Program-made: the position numbers and the translations under genes | The notes under the pieces: model-generated | What the model was told of the DNA's origin: nothing | The model's input: the letters and a program-made list of their open reading frames with translations, nothing else | Databases searched by the model: none | Source: Eledone cirrhosa | Lineage: Eukaryota | Assembly (NCBI GenBank): GCA_964016885.1 | Contig: OZ024747.1 | Span: 40,548,001-40,612,000 of the forward strand | DNA length: 64,000 bases | Direction: 5' to 3' | In this document: one piece after another, positions 1 through 11,986 of the stretch | Position numbering within the stretch: the stretch's first letter is position 1 | Layout: the number at the start of each line of letters is the position of its first letter

Positions 1-131
1 TACTCAGTCAAAGAAACACACCACGCACATGTGAAATTCGCGTTCAGACAGACTTTTTCTCTCACGCATCAACTAACTGTCGCATTTCACGATATATATA
101 TATGTTTCTCGTTTCTTACAACGAACACTTT

Positions 132-165
<34 letters not shown>

Positions 166-1907
166 AAATTTGATATTTTTTTAAACATTTCAACAGGAAC
201 ATTTATTTTCGATGAACCATTGCCCTTTTTTTTTTCATCGTTTTCTTCATCGTTCAAGTTTTTTTTTTTTTTACCAAAGTTCACACCAATAATTATACTG
301 AGTGAAGCCTTTCTTTTTCATCATTGTCACTTTCACACTTGCACTATCATTTTCTCGCGCGTTAGAAATATTATTTTTTCAACCTAATTTAACCTTGTAT
401 TGGCACGTGTAGGCAGCACAAATTCTCGACTCACAGAGATATCTCGACTCACAGAGATAGCCGCACGCCAGAGATAACGTTTCTCGCCAAGGATTCTTCA
501 GCCTTAAGCTATATTCTCCTATTTGCCGGTTTAAAAATTTACCACGTAAATTTGCCGTTGAAAACTGCGCATTTATTCAGAATGCTTATTTCTTTGGTCG
601 CTGACCTCTTGACCCTTCCAGGTCAACGCATTCTCAACATCGACCATCAACTTCGGCTGTTATTTCTAGCACTTTGCGCAACTCATTTTTTCTGAAAAAA
701 ATTTTTTTTTACTGTGAATTTAAACACCGAATACGCTCACTCAGCGAGACATCAACAGCAACACAGCTTCACCAACAACCAAAACCAGCAGAACAAGCCA
801 GAGAATTTATTTTTGCAGCACTCTTCCTGTGAGAAAATCCATTCGGAGGTTGGAAATTTCACGATATACCACAGACCAGAAACCACCTGCATTCATTCTC
901 TGGAACACACTTTCTTTCCTGCTGTCATGTGATTGCACACATGTGAGCTATATTTTGTACATTTGAACTTTGAGCTCTTCTCTTACTTTATTACATTGTA
1001 TCTTTGGGTGATGGATAGATAGATGTCTAGTCGTTCTCTGGCCAAGAGCGGTTGGCTACCTTGACTTCTATCATTGATTTTTTCAAACATTATTTTTTTT
1101 TCGTAATTTTCATGCCTGTTACAACATTCTCGCCAACCTGCTACATACATATTTCATTCGATTTTTATATTCTAAAATTCTGGCGGGAGGTTATGTAGCA
1201 GGAGTCACGCTCTCTAGACGGGACGTAGTTGGAGTTGCTTCCCGTTGGGGTGATAGAACCCTTTTTATCACTTCCGGCAGAGCCCTATAAAACGAATAGC
1301 TCTCGGCTCTCTCCCTCTCATTTGCCCTTCCGGCGCCTGGCCTTAGCCAGGCGTCTCGCGTTTGCCTGGCAATCAAAACGGTAACTACTAACTTTGCTTC
1401 ATTCTTTCATCTATTTCATTGACATGTCAACTATACTGTTAGATTGTTAATTAAATATTATACACACATGTCTATGTCTCCTTGTTACATTCATACACAC
1501 CCAGTATCCTCCCTATAATACCATCATATATAACTAAAATAGAAAAAAAGAGTGCTGACCTACGAAAAAACATAGGACATGTGACAATGCTCCTTACATG
1601 CAAACAAACACAAAAAAACCTCACTCCTCACCAACAAAGAGTGAAAAATAAAATAGAGACGATGTTTGGTAACAGTCGGACCAGAACTCTTCAATATAAG
1701 CTGATCACCCTCAAACAAGAATTGAGAGCTGTTAGCGAAAAACGCCGATACCTGAAGAAGGTAGATGGGAGAAAAATGCTTAATAAAAGATTCAGACGAA
1801 ACCAAACATCAGTCTATAGAGATATGAAGGGCAAAATAATAAGTGTCACTGAGGGCCCATCCCAGAAAGACATAGATTCCTTTTGGAGAAAAATATGGGG
1901 TGAAAAG

Positions 1908-2157
1908 TGTGGTTAGAAAAAGCTATCTGACTTACCGCTTTTCATAGGCGCCGCTAAATTCCACTGCTGGTCTCTCCTCTTCCACGTGCGTCCAACTGCT
2001 TAACACCGGGAGTTGTCAAAACTCGCGTCCACACTGTTGCTGGTCACCACTAGAGAGGCATCTGCTGGCCCTTCCGGTCGAGCATCCGTCCGGCCAAGCA
2101 CCCTTCTGGTCGAGCACTCCCCCGCTTCCGGCCACCGCACGCCACACCATACCCACA
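1908..2157 (-). repeat. 3' LTR
   Basis: Direct repeat of 5853-6101, preceded on the minus strand by purine tract AGGGGGCG (2158-2165, putative PPT). Confidence 0.95.
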
Positions 2158-2379
2158 CGCCCCCCTGATCTCAAGGATCAATTTCCCCCTCATCCTTCTG
2201 CATATGAAAGTCTGCTGTCCAGGTTGGTGGTTTACGACTTCTTTGCGATCTCCACAGTGTTGGGGAAGCACTTTGGGTTTCCTCTTCCTCGGAGTCCGTT
2301 GACACAGTGATTCTATGGACATCCAGGACATGACGTGGTACTCCGTCCACGGACACATTGTTCTGGGAATTTACGGCCG

Positions 2380-5011
2380 TCACCGTTCCCCTTCCCCATT
2401 AAGATGTGCAACGTGCGTCTGGGGCTTAACCCAGACTTCTTCGCCCACCTGCACGAATGCACTCTCTCTCCCCACTGGCCGTTGTGGTGGCGTGCATGGA
2501 TGCCGCCATTCGTATCTGAATACTGCTCTGTGTGGTACCGATTCCTCGACCTGTCCCACCTGAGGGGACATGTTGTACCAGAACACTGCCTCCATTGGTG
2601 AGATATGGCCCCGCTCCGCCATTGCCTTGATCGTCCGGTGGTGTCGCTCCTCAATTCCATTTCCGCTCGGCCTGTGCGCTGCTCTGAAGAAACGGTCCAC
2701 CTTCCATCCATCGAGCATCTCCCTCAGCGCCTCCGAGCGGAACGCTGCGCTGTTGTCCATCAGCAGTTTGTCCACAGGGCCCCGCTCCAAGAACACCTCT
2801 CTCAACGTCCACATGATTTCCTCGGCCGTTCCAGTCTTCATCTCCCTCCATATCGCCATCCGTCCTGGTCCACAGTCGACCATTGAGAGGTACGTTCCCT
2901 GTCGGTAGTGCGTTACATCCACCGCCAATCGCTTCCAGTCGCGATCCACCGGGAGGCTTCCCGTTTCGTGTACACCCGGGGCGGGATCAATGGACTGACA
3001 TCGGACGCAGCCTCTAACCACCCTTTGAACACTGTGTCTGTTAACGTCCGAGTCGATTCTCCTGGCTAGGAACAGGCTCCTATCCACTCCCATGTGGTGC
3101 ATGTCATGCAACCCTTTCAGATCCGACTCGGTCACCTGACACACGACAGCTATCTCATCTTCTACCTCCTCCGGCGCTTCCATCCAGGCTTTCTTCACCC
3201 TAGTTAAGATGTCCGCCCTATTTCTCTCTGAGGGCACGAAAACTACGCTCAGCCCCAGGTCGAACTCGGTGGCCAGCTCTCCTAAAGTTCCCAGGCGGCG
3301 CTTTATCAGCATCTCCGCCGCCCCTCTCATTCGCACTCTCTTCTCACTGGTGAGCACTGACCTCACCCATCCGAGTACAGTAGCCGAGTCGGTGCGTATC
3401 TCGATGGTGCGCAGTCCCCACCTCAGGGCGAGGTACACCCCTCTCAACACTGCGTCCAGTTCGGTCACATTGATGTGGTTGCAGTCGTCCTTCTTCCTAA
3501 GCCAGGTTGCGTCCTCGACCTCAACACGTCCTATCTCCAACGTGACACCCAGCGCTTTGCTGCTGGCATCGCACCATACGGTCCCGCTCTGTGATTTGGG
3601 AACATACAAGTGTCCCCGCACTGGGTCATCGGCCTTCACCCTGCCCACGATCTCCTGCATCATGGCCACCGTCCTCTCTCCCACTCTGTCACTCCTCCCG
3701 CTCATCTCTTGACATAGCTGCATGCCGTCCGGAGCCGCCCGGCAATCGGGTAGTGACCCACCAACTTTCCACACACCAAGAAAAGCTCCCGCCTACTCAT
3801 ACTTGGGCCCAGTCTGGAACTTCATTTCCCCTCTGGAATACCAAGACGCCCGTCCTGTCTCGCCGTTGCCTAAGTCCCAGCCCGGCTCCTCCCTCCAACG
3901 CTTCTGACGGCTTCGCAGCCAGTCCATACCCCTGTAAATGGCTCGTGACCTCTGCCGCCGACACCACAGACTCATCCACTAGGATGTCGTCAATATAGGA
4001 GTTAGTGGCACTCTTTATCTTGTCGGCCTTTCCCAGAATGGTCTTGAGGACCGCCGCCATGATCATCGGTCCGGAGCTCAAACCGAAACCGAGCCTGGTC
4101 AGGCAATATGTCCGGCCCTTATACCTGACCAGATGATACTGCCAGAGCTTCTCATCTATATGCAATTGCAATAATGCCGACTTTAGATCTACGTTTGCTG
4201 AACCCCCCGTCATGCGTCTCCACTCACGCAGGGCTTCCCCACAGACATCCGTGACCTTGCCACCCGTGTGGCATGACGCGTGCTTGTTCAGCTCCCGAAA
4301 GTCCATCACCGGCCTCACCTTGTTCTTCGTGGGTTGCGCCACCGCCATTAACGGCAATACTCCGCACTTCACCTCCTCTTTCCAGGGAAGCAGTATGCCC
4401 TCTTCAATCCATCTCTCTACCTCTCGCTCGAACTCGCTCCTAATGTTTCCCTTCAATGTGTGTTGATAGCAGCCCACTTTGGTCTTCAGTGTTGGTGGTT
4501 CTCCCTTCCAGTACCACTCAACGACCCATCGCTGCCCATCGAACACGGCCTTGAAGTCTTTGTCCTGCACAGTGTAAGCGGGGTATTTCTCCTCGTGGGC
4601 CTTCTGGTTCTCCTGTCGCGCACTCACAGCGCATACCGATGCAGCGGCGCCAAACGACACACCGACGTTGTTCACTGTGACGCCTCCTAGACGGCCAATT
4701 GCATCCATGCCTATAACCACGCCGATCCCATCCACCACGCTGTCTACTACGATGGCAGAAAGCCTTATTTTCCTTCCCCATACCGCTATTTCCATCTCGC
4801 TGCGACCTCGGCATTCAATTTTCCTGCCGTCGACTGCCCTTACGCTGCTCTTCCCTCTCTACCTCTGCGCCACCCCTGCGGTCACCAGTGTCGTCGTACA
4901 GCCTGTGTCCACGAGGGCTCGCTGTCGCTTTCCCCACACGAAGACTTCCACCACGGGCAGCGCCTCTACTCGTAAGGGGAAACTACCGGCGCAGTAGTTC
5001 CCCTTGGATCG
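2380..5011 (-). pseudogene. pol: pol (protease, RT, RNase H, DDE integrase), disrupted by a stop near 4860 and a frameshift near 3790
   Basis: ALVDTGC protease; RPVMDFRELN, RLGFGL, YIDD; CDAS..HINVTEL..TDS..NRAD; HHCC plus D-D-E (AVDVT, MDNS, EERHH). Confidence 0.9.
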
Positions 5012-5017
5012 TTTCCC
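4960..5017 (-). promoter_or_regulatory. -1 ribosomal frameshift signal: G GGA AAC slippery site plus stem-loop/pseudoknot
   Basis: Heptamer in the gag frame at 5017-5011; the -1 frame leads into the protease; 12-bp stem 5 nt downstream. Confidence 0.8.
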
Positions 5018-5728
5018 TGGTCGCAGTTAATAGCGATGTGGCCTGGTCGCTTACACCGGTAGCATATTATTTCCGGCCTTGACTCTCTGCAGACTCTAGC
5101 CATGTGCGGGCCCTGGCACCGAAAACAGCGACCTCTAAACGTTCGCGGGCGACCGCGTGCCGTGGTTGCCTCCCTTTCACCATTTCGCTGCCAACTGTCT
5201 TGAGCCTCTGTAGTTGCTATCGCCGCAACATTCTTTTTGGCATCTTCTGCTATGATTCGGGCTTGTTCCACCAGTGAACGCATTTCCATTTCTTTGTAAC
5301 CCGGGACTTGCTGCAGTTTCACCGCTATGTCGTCTGGAAATCCATTTATGAACGCCAACCGCACCGTGCGTTCGCATTCACACCTGATATCCAGCCAACA
5401 TAGCCAATCGTCGTATTTCCACTGCGAAAATGTCAACACGTTCACCGTTCCATCTAATTCTTGCCAGCTTAGCGAAAGCGGCTAACGGTCCTTCTGCGAA
5501 TGCTTCTATCATGCGCCTCTCAATCTTTTGCGCATCTCTTTGGCTGTGTTCGTCCAACTCAAGGAAGAGTACCAACGCGTCCCCCTCGAGGTACAGTGCC
5601 ATGAAGCCAGCCACATCTTCTTTCTTCTGCAAGCCTGCGACCAGCCGGACTTTTCGCAGCCAAGCGACAACATCACCTTCCCCGGTAAATGCCCTGATAG
5701 CTTCGCTTGTTCGTAGTCTTGTCGCCAT
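4966..5728 (-). pseudogene. gag: gag with two CCHC-type knuckles, one frameshift near 5380
   Basis: ORFs 5378-5728 and 4966-5445; CFRCQGPHMARVC and CYRCKRPGHIAINC. Confidence 0.85.
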
Positions 5729-5840
5729 CTTCTAATTTGTCTTGCGGTACGTGATCAAAAAAAACAACAGACTCCTCTCTGTTTTTCCAGTAGCTTTTTT
5801 TTTTTTTTTTTTTTTTTTCAATCAGATCTCAGTTTCCAGT

Positions 5841-5852
5841 GCCGAAATAGCT
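5841..5852 (-). promoter_or_regulatory. Atypical primer-binding site AGCTATTTCGGC, complementary to tRNA-Phe(GAA) nt 1-12
   Basis: Plus strand reads GCCGAAATAGCT, the recalled 5' end of metazoan tRNA-Phe, directly abutting the LTR. Confidence 0.7.
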
Positions 5853-6101
5853 TGTGGTTAGAAAAAGCTATCTCACTTACCGCTTTTTAGGCGCCGCTAA
5901 ATTCCACTGCTAGTCTCTCCTCTTCCACGTGCGTCCAACTGCTTAACACCGGGAGCTGCCAAAACTCGCGTCAACACTGTTGCTGGTCACCACTAGAGAG
6001 GCCATCTGCTGGCCCTTCCGGTCGAGCATCTGTCCGGCCAAGCCCCCTTCCGGTCGAGCACTCCCCCGCTTCCGGCCACCGCACGCCACACCATACCCAC
6101 A
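5853..6101 (-). repeat. 5' LTR
   Basis: tgtggttag...acccaca; about 8 substitutions and 2 indels versus the other LTR. Confidence 0.95.
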
Positions 6102-8750
6102 AAAAGAAGAATTTCAACCAAGATGCAGTGTGGTTAAGAGAAATCCAAAAGAACTATTGCTCCTAAACTACAACAAAAACATACGAAATAAGTGAGGGTA
6201 CCCTTGAGACTGTGATAGGAAAACTCCAAGATAAGAAAACACGAGGAAGAGACATGATTGTCGGCTACTGGTACAAAAAACTAATATTCTATCAGAGGTA
6301 TCTTACTGACCTCTACCAACAAGTTCTTAAGGGAGATACACTTATACCAGAATGGTTGACATTAGCACAAACGTTACTGGTCCCCAAGAACAAAGACACC
6401 CACTTGGCAAAAAACTACCGACCCATTGCATGCCAGAACCTGATGTATAAGATGTATACAGCTTGCCTGAACCTATTCCTCCAAGATCACTGTGAAAATA
6501 ATAACATCATCACAGATGAACAAGCAGCTGGAAAGAAAAGGGTTTGGGGATGTGCTGAACAACTCCTAATCAACAAAACTGCGATGTCGGAGGTGCGACA
6601 ACTTAGGAGGAATATGACTACAGTCTGGCTGGACTACAAGAAACCTTTCGATTCTGTTCCCCACTTTGGATGATAGAGGCCCTCCAACTTGCTAAAGTCC
6701 CAGACATTATTGTCAGAGCCATAGAGAGGCTGTCTTCTTCTTGGGCTACTATCCTAAGGTTAAAGACAGAGAGGGAGGACTCTATTATCACTGATAAAAT
6801 AAAATATTGCAGGGGTATATTTCAGGGGGACAGTCTCTCTGTGATATTGTTCATCTTGTCATTAAACCCCTTGTCCTTTCTGCTCAAGAAATGTGAGGGA
6901 TACAGGAGGACAGAAATACGAACCTAACCCATAACTTCTTTGTGGACGATCTGAAACTCTATGCCTAGAACATGGATGGGATGAAGAAAAATCTTGACCT
7001 GGTTACAACGTTCTCAAAGGATATAGGAATGGAGTTTGGCCAAGATAAATGCTCATACATGACTGTAAAGCGGGGAAAAACAACAACCCAATCTAGCACC
7101 ATTGTCATCAATGGTCTAACTGTTTCACCGATATCTGATGAGGACTGCTACAGATACCTGGGGATGGATGAGAACATATCCTATAATGGTATCTGTAATA
7201 AAGAACGCGTAACCAGGGAATACTACACCCGATTAAGAAAGATCAGGTCATCGGAACTCTCTGCGCAAAACAAAACAGTGGCTCACAATGTGTTTGCTGT
7301 GCCTGTCCTAACACCAACGTTTGGAATACTCAATTGGACAATAGACGAAATCCGAGCAGTTGATGTTGGAACTCGAAAAATATTGAACAACACCGGAAAC
7401 TTCCACATCAACAGTGACATAGACCGCCTTTACTTCAAACGTAAGCAGGGAGGCAGAGGCCTAACATCAGTCCAGACAACATTTGAATGTCGCATCATAT
7501 CTCTCCGACAACATCTACGAACCTCGAAGCGTAGGAGCCCGCTTCTCGAGCAAGTCTATCTGCATGAAACAGATAAGATCATGAGAGTTGGGAAGGAACT
7601 CCTTGAGAGATATTCCCTGTGTGATAATCAAAAACTCACACCCAGGGATGTCGCTCAGCAGTATCGCAGTGAATCCATGGATGAAAAACTGCATGCCTAT
7701 CAGCAAAAAATCATGCATGGATATGTTGCCAGGAAGCTCCAGAGTGAGAGTAATATAGATAAGGAAAGTAGTCTATCTTGGACCAAGAACCGCTATATTG
7801 GCTCCCACTTTGAAGGATACGCTTTTGCAATCCAAGAACAGGAGATTAGCACGAAATACCTGATTCACAAAAGAGATAGGGATGAAGGCAAAACACCTAG
7901 ATGTGATAACAAGTGCAGACTCTGCAGAACTAACATCGAGGATATCACCCATGTCATCAGCAGCTGCCCAAAGATGTCATCGCGGTACTATCTACCTATG
8001 AGGCATGATGTAGTGGCCAAAACACTGTACAATGCAGCTCGTAAAAAAGATAGCCCCGATAATAAACACATTAAAAGCTACAACAATGTGGAAGACATCC
8101 ATGTACATAATATGAAAGAGTACTGGTGGAATGTTCCAGTAAAAACCCCAATAAAATGCAGGCATAACAGACCAGATATTATGATATGGCGCAGGGAGAA
8201 GAAAACATGGACAGTAGTGGAAATTAGCTGTCCAGCAGATGCCAATATAATATCAAAGATTAGTGAAAAGGAGAATATTTATGCAGAACTGATGAGAAAT
8301 CTGCAGATACTCCACCCTGATTACACCTTCAGATTTATGCCTGTGATTATTGGGGCACTGGGATATGTTAGTAACTGCCTAGCTAGGCTTCACAGGAACA
8401 GAAAGAACACAACTAGTTAGGAAACTACAAGTACAATCCATTAATGGAACAGTAAAAATATGTAAAACATTCCAAAAATTTTACATCTAATAACTGCATA
8501 TACACATGTACAGATACAAAGCATATACACATGCACACATACAACTCAAAACATACACATCCACACATACAATAACATCCATATCTACACATGCATGCAT
8601 ACATACATATCTACCTAGTTGATGTGTAAATTCCAATGAGAGAGTCTTGTGTCTATGTTAGAAACCGACTCTCTCTCTCTATTGGTAAAACTTTGTGAAA
8701 TTATAAAACCAGAAGAACATACATACATACATACATACATACATACATAC

Positions 8751-9359
8751 ATGGTGGCTGCCAACTCGTTTTCGAGTACGGCCACTACTTTATATCCATG
8801 TAGGAGAACCCCTACTGATGCGCTGAACGAGTGTGACTTTTTAGTCCAGCCAGCGACTTGAAAGCTCTGGTACAAACACTACACTTGTGACAATTATTGA
8901 CACATAGTGCTGGGCCCATGGTACCATGTGACGACAAATGCAGAGAGATCTCCAGATATAAAGCAATGCCTGTGCCGTGAAGATTTATAGTGAGCAAAGG
9001 CACTGCACAAAGCCAGTCCCACTCACTTAACCAAGATGATATTTACCAAAAAGAAGAACAAGTCAACATCATTGGATACCATCAGGGTTGCAGGTGTTAT
9101 ATCAGAGTTTTCCTTCTCCTAGAATTCTGCCTTGACAAAGGCTAAGGGGTCATCTCTCCCGGTGATTTTGGATGGCCATTGACTCTTAAGAGCTCCTTTG
9201 CCTTTTGACAGGTTTTGTTTTTAGTCCTGCAGGATGTCCAAAGTCACCCTCCTCACCAAGAAACCTTGGTGGGGCTGCCAGTTTAGTCGCCAACGACCCG
9301 ACCATGGGACAGGTTGTACTGGAATACATGTTACCAGTAGCACCAACTGGTGACCTGAC
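8751..9359 (-). mobile_element. Short internally deleted RTE-like element within a (CATA)n microsatellite
   Basis: C2H2-like CSVCTRAFKSLAGLKSH near its 3' end; structured GC-richer 5' part; (CATA)n on both sides. Confidence 0.5.
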
Positions 9360-10314
9360 ATATATACATACATACATACATACATACATACATACATACA
9401 TACATACCTACCTACCTACCTACCTACCTACCTACCACTCTCTATCAAATACTTATTTATTAATATATGTTTTCTTGACCAAAATTTATCAGATCTTTTA
9501 TTCAATCTTTGTTCTGCTTTTATTTTCATGGTTGATCAAATTAACAAAATATTAATTAAATCAAATAAAAGTAATGAACATTTCCAGATAATCTTTGATA
9601 AAAGTTTATTTTAATTCATAACATTCCATAAATAATCTCCCTCACTATCAACATTTTTACAGACATTTTTCCACACTAGCATAGTTGGAGAAGTTTTTTG
9701 AAGCAGTTTTCTAATGCCATATGACATTCCTAATGCTGCGCCATACATCTTGCATGACAATTCTCAATCCAATAAGTCTTGGGACTTTTTGCTATGAAGA
9801 ACATAAACAAACCTCACCACTAGTGATGTCAAATATGAAGTAAAGACATGGAGACAAACACACATACATGCATCTATACACACACACACACATATGCACT
9901 CATACAAACACACTCACATATGCGCAAGCACACACACACACACACACACACACACCATCAATTAACATTTGTTTTCCCTGATAGCAGTGGTTGGACATGT
10001 CATCACAAATCAAGTGCAATTTATTTAGCCCACAACACTCGGGAAGATGGAATGTCTTTAGTATAGCTGCAGAGTCTTTCTCACTCTTTGCTTAGCAGGT
10101 TTTCTATGGTTGGATGCCTTTTCTATCACAAACCACTTTACAGAAGAGAACTGGTGGATCATTCATCACGGGGATCAGCAACACTAGGAAGATTGTCATG
10201 TTTATGGCACAACTGAAGAGTCCTCTCAACTCCTTATTTGGCATGTTTTCTATGGATGGATCCGTATGTCATGGGTAGGTGCCAAATACATACATATATA
10301 TATATACATATATA

Positions 10315-11244
10315 CAGTGACGTAGCTAGCGTGTGGCAAGTAGGGCACATGCCACGGGCGCCATATTTAGAGGGGGGGGGCGCAATTTCGACCTAGATCG
10401 ATTTACATCCATGTCGTTTTTATCATTTTTAAAAATATAAGCCAAAAATGAAGCATGTGATTTCTTGATAGCCGACTTCCACGCCATGTCTAGTGCACAA
10501 CACAGAGCTGATGTCTGATTTGACTTCACAAAAACGCCCCCCCCCCCTCCACACTGACAACAGGATGGGTTGCAATTATGCGGGCCGCTATTTTTAGCTA
10601 TACATTGCAAAACAGCGGATACCGCACAAAACCGCAGGCGCTATTTTTAGCAATGCATTGCAATGACCAATACAAGATAATTATAATTATGAAGCTGGTT
10701 TACAAAACAGAGTAGTTTGTCTTTTACAACTGGTACATAAGACGTATAGAAAAGGTATCATAATCCAAATAGCCAGATAGGATCAGATTAGGAATTCAAT
10801 TTGACTCCAGTTTAGATGGTTCAACAGGGGTTCTCAACCTGGTCCATGTGGACCACTAGTGGTCCACAGGAAAATTCAGGTGGTCCACAGAAAATTTTCA
10901 ATGGCAAATTCTTTTTTGATTCATGCATTTGACTTAAAGCGGTGTTCTTATTCTTTGCATAAGTATGACTTCAGCTGTTTATTTGCGTAGATTTTTAGGC
11001 AGTGACATGATAATGGCATTTTCTAATTCATTGAAAAAAAACATCTACTGATGCTTATAAGTAGCAGTTCTATTACAAAAGATTTAAAAGCCCGAAAAAT
11101 CAAGTTGTAACCGTTTTTTTGTTTTTTTTATTATAAATTCTACCGCAATTTCGTCTTTGTGGATCTTGACTTTTTGATAGGGAGGGGGGAGGGGCGCAAT
11201 TTTGATGCTTGCCCTGGGCGCCATTTACCCTAGCTACGCCACTG
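10315..11244. mobile_element. Non-autonomous hAT element (MITE), 930 bp
   Basis: TIRs cagtgacgtagctag / ctagctacgccactg; perfect 8-bp TSD CATATATA. Confidence 0.88.
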
Positions 11245-11986
11245 CATATATATATATGAGAGGCTTTATACATTTTCAATCTACCAATTTCACTCACAAA
11301 TCATTGGTCAAACTGAGATTAAATTAAAGGCAGCTTTTACAATTGCTACACAATGGACTAGAAACTCAAAACCATTTGGTTTTGAAGTGAATTTCTTTAC
11401 CACAATCTCATGCCTTCTAAATAACTCTAAAATATCTCTCAGTAGAAAAACGAATATATAAATATGTAATGTGTTATCATCTAATAGAGCTAAAACTTCA
11501 CTACAAATTATACAAATAAAGTAAAAGGTAGAAAAGTAAGGTCTGGTTTGGTGCAATTCTCATCTAGAATCTACCAAGGTATTTCTTATTTTGTTGCTTC
11601 ATAAAAGATATATGCTATTGTTGGTACAGATAGATAAGAGACAAGAGCTATGAAACTAATTCTGTAATTCTATTGGCTATTCACATTAACCATTTGGGAT
11701 TGGTAACAGTGTATCATTGTAACCTGTGAACAATGGATAGCAAAATGAGAAGGCAGTGAATTAATGATTGGCAAATGACATTACTTTAAATCACAGAATA
11801 ACCTTTAAAATATCTGCCTTATCTGTATGTCTATAGGATATGCAGTTCATATCAAGCTAATATTCTAAACCCTGTGAATAGCATAAATACAGATATTTCA
11901 ATAACAAAATACTGAAGAACAATGAAAAGTTAGAATATAAAACAAATGAATCATCATGTAACATAAATTATGTGAATATATATATA

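Larger units (their letters stand above)
1908..6101 (-). mobile_element. Full-length compact (4194 bp) Ty3/Gypsy-order LTR retrotransposon, gag-PR-RT-RH-IN, degenerate
   Basis: Two ~250-bp TG..CA LTRs; 5-bp TSD AAAAG at 1903-1907 and 6102-6106; domain order PR-RT-RH-IN. Confidence 0.95.
1496..8717 (+). mobile_element. Dong/R4-clade non-LTR retrotransposon (family A), 5'-truncated and degenerate, interrupted by an LTR element at 1908-6101
   Basis: RT motifs NYRPIAC, WLDYKKPFDSVPH, GIFQGDSLS, FVDDLKL; CCHC knuckle CRLC..H....C; RHD and RPD..E restriction-like endonuclease. Ends agaagaa followed by (CATA)n. Confidence 0.9.

Noticed and set aside
9270-9358. HDV-like ribozyme at the RTE 5' end (ggcgactaa motif)
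   Set aside because: P2/P3/P4-like pieces are visible, but P1 and P1.1 could not be fitted.
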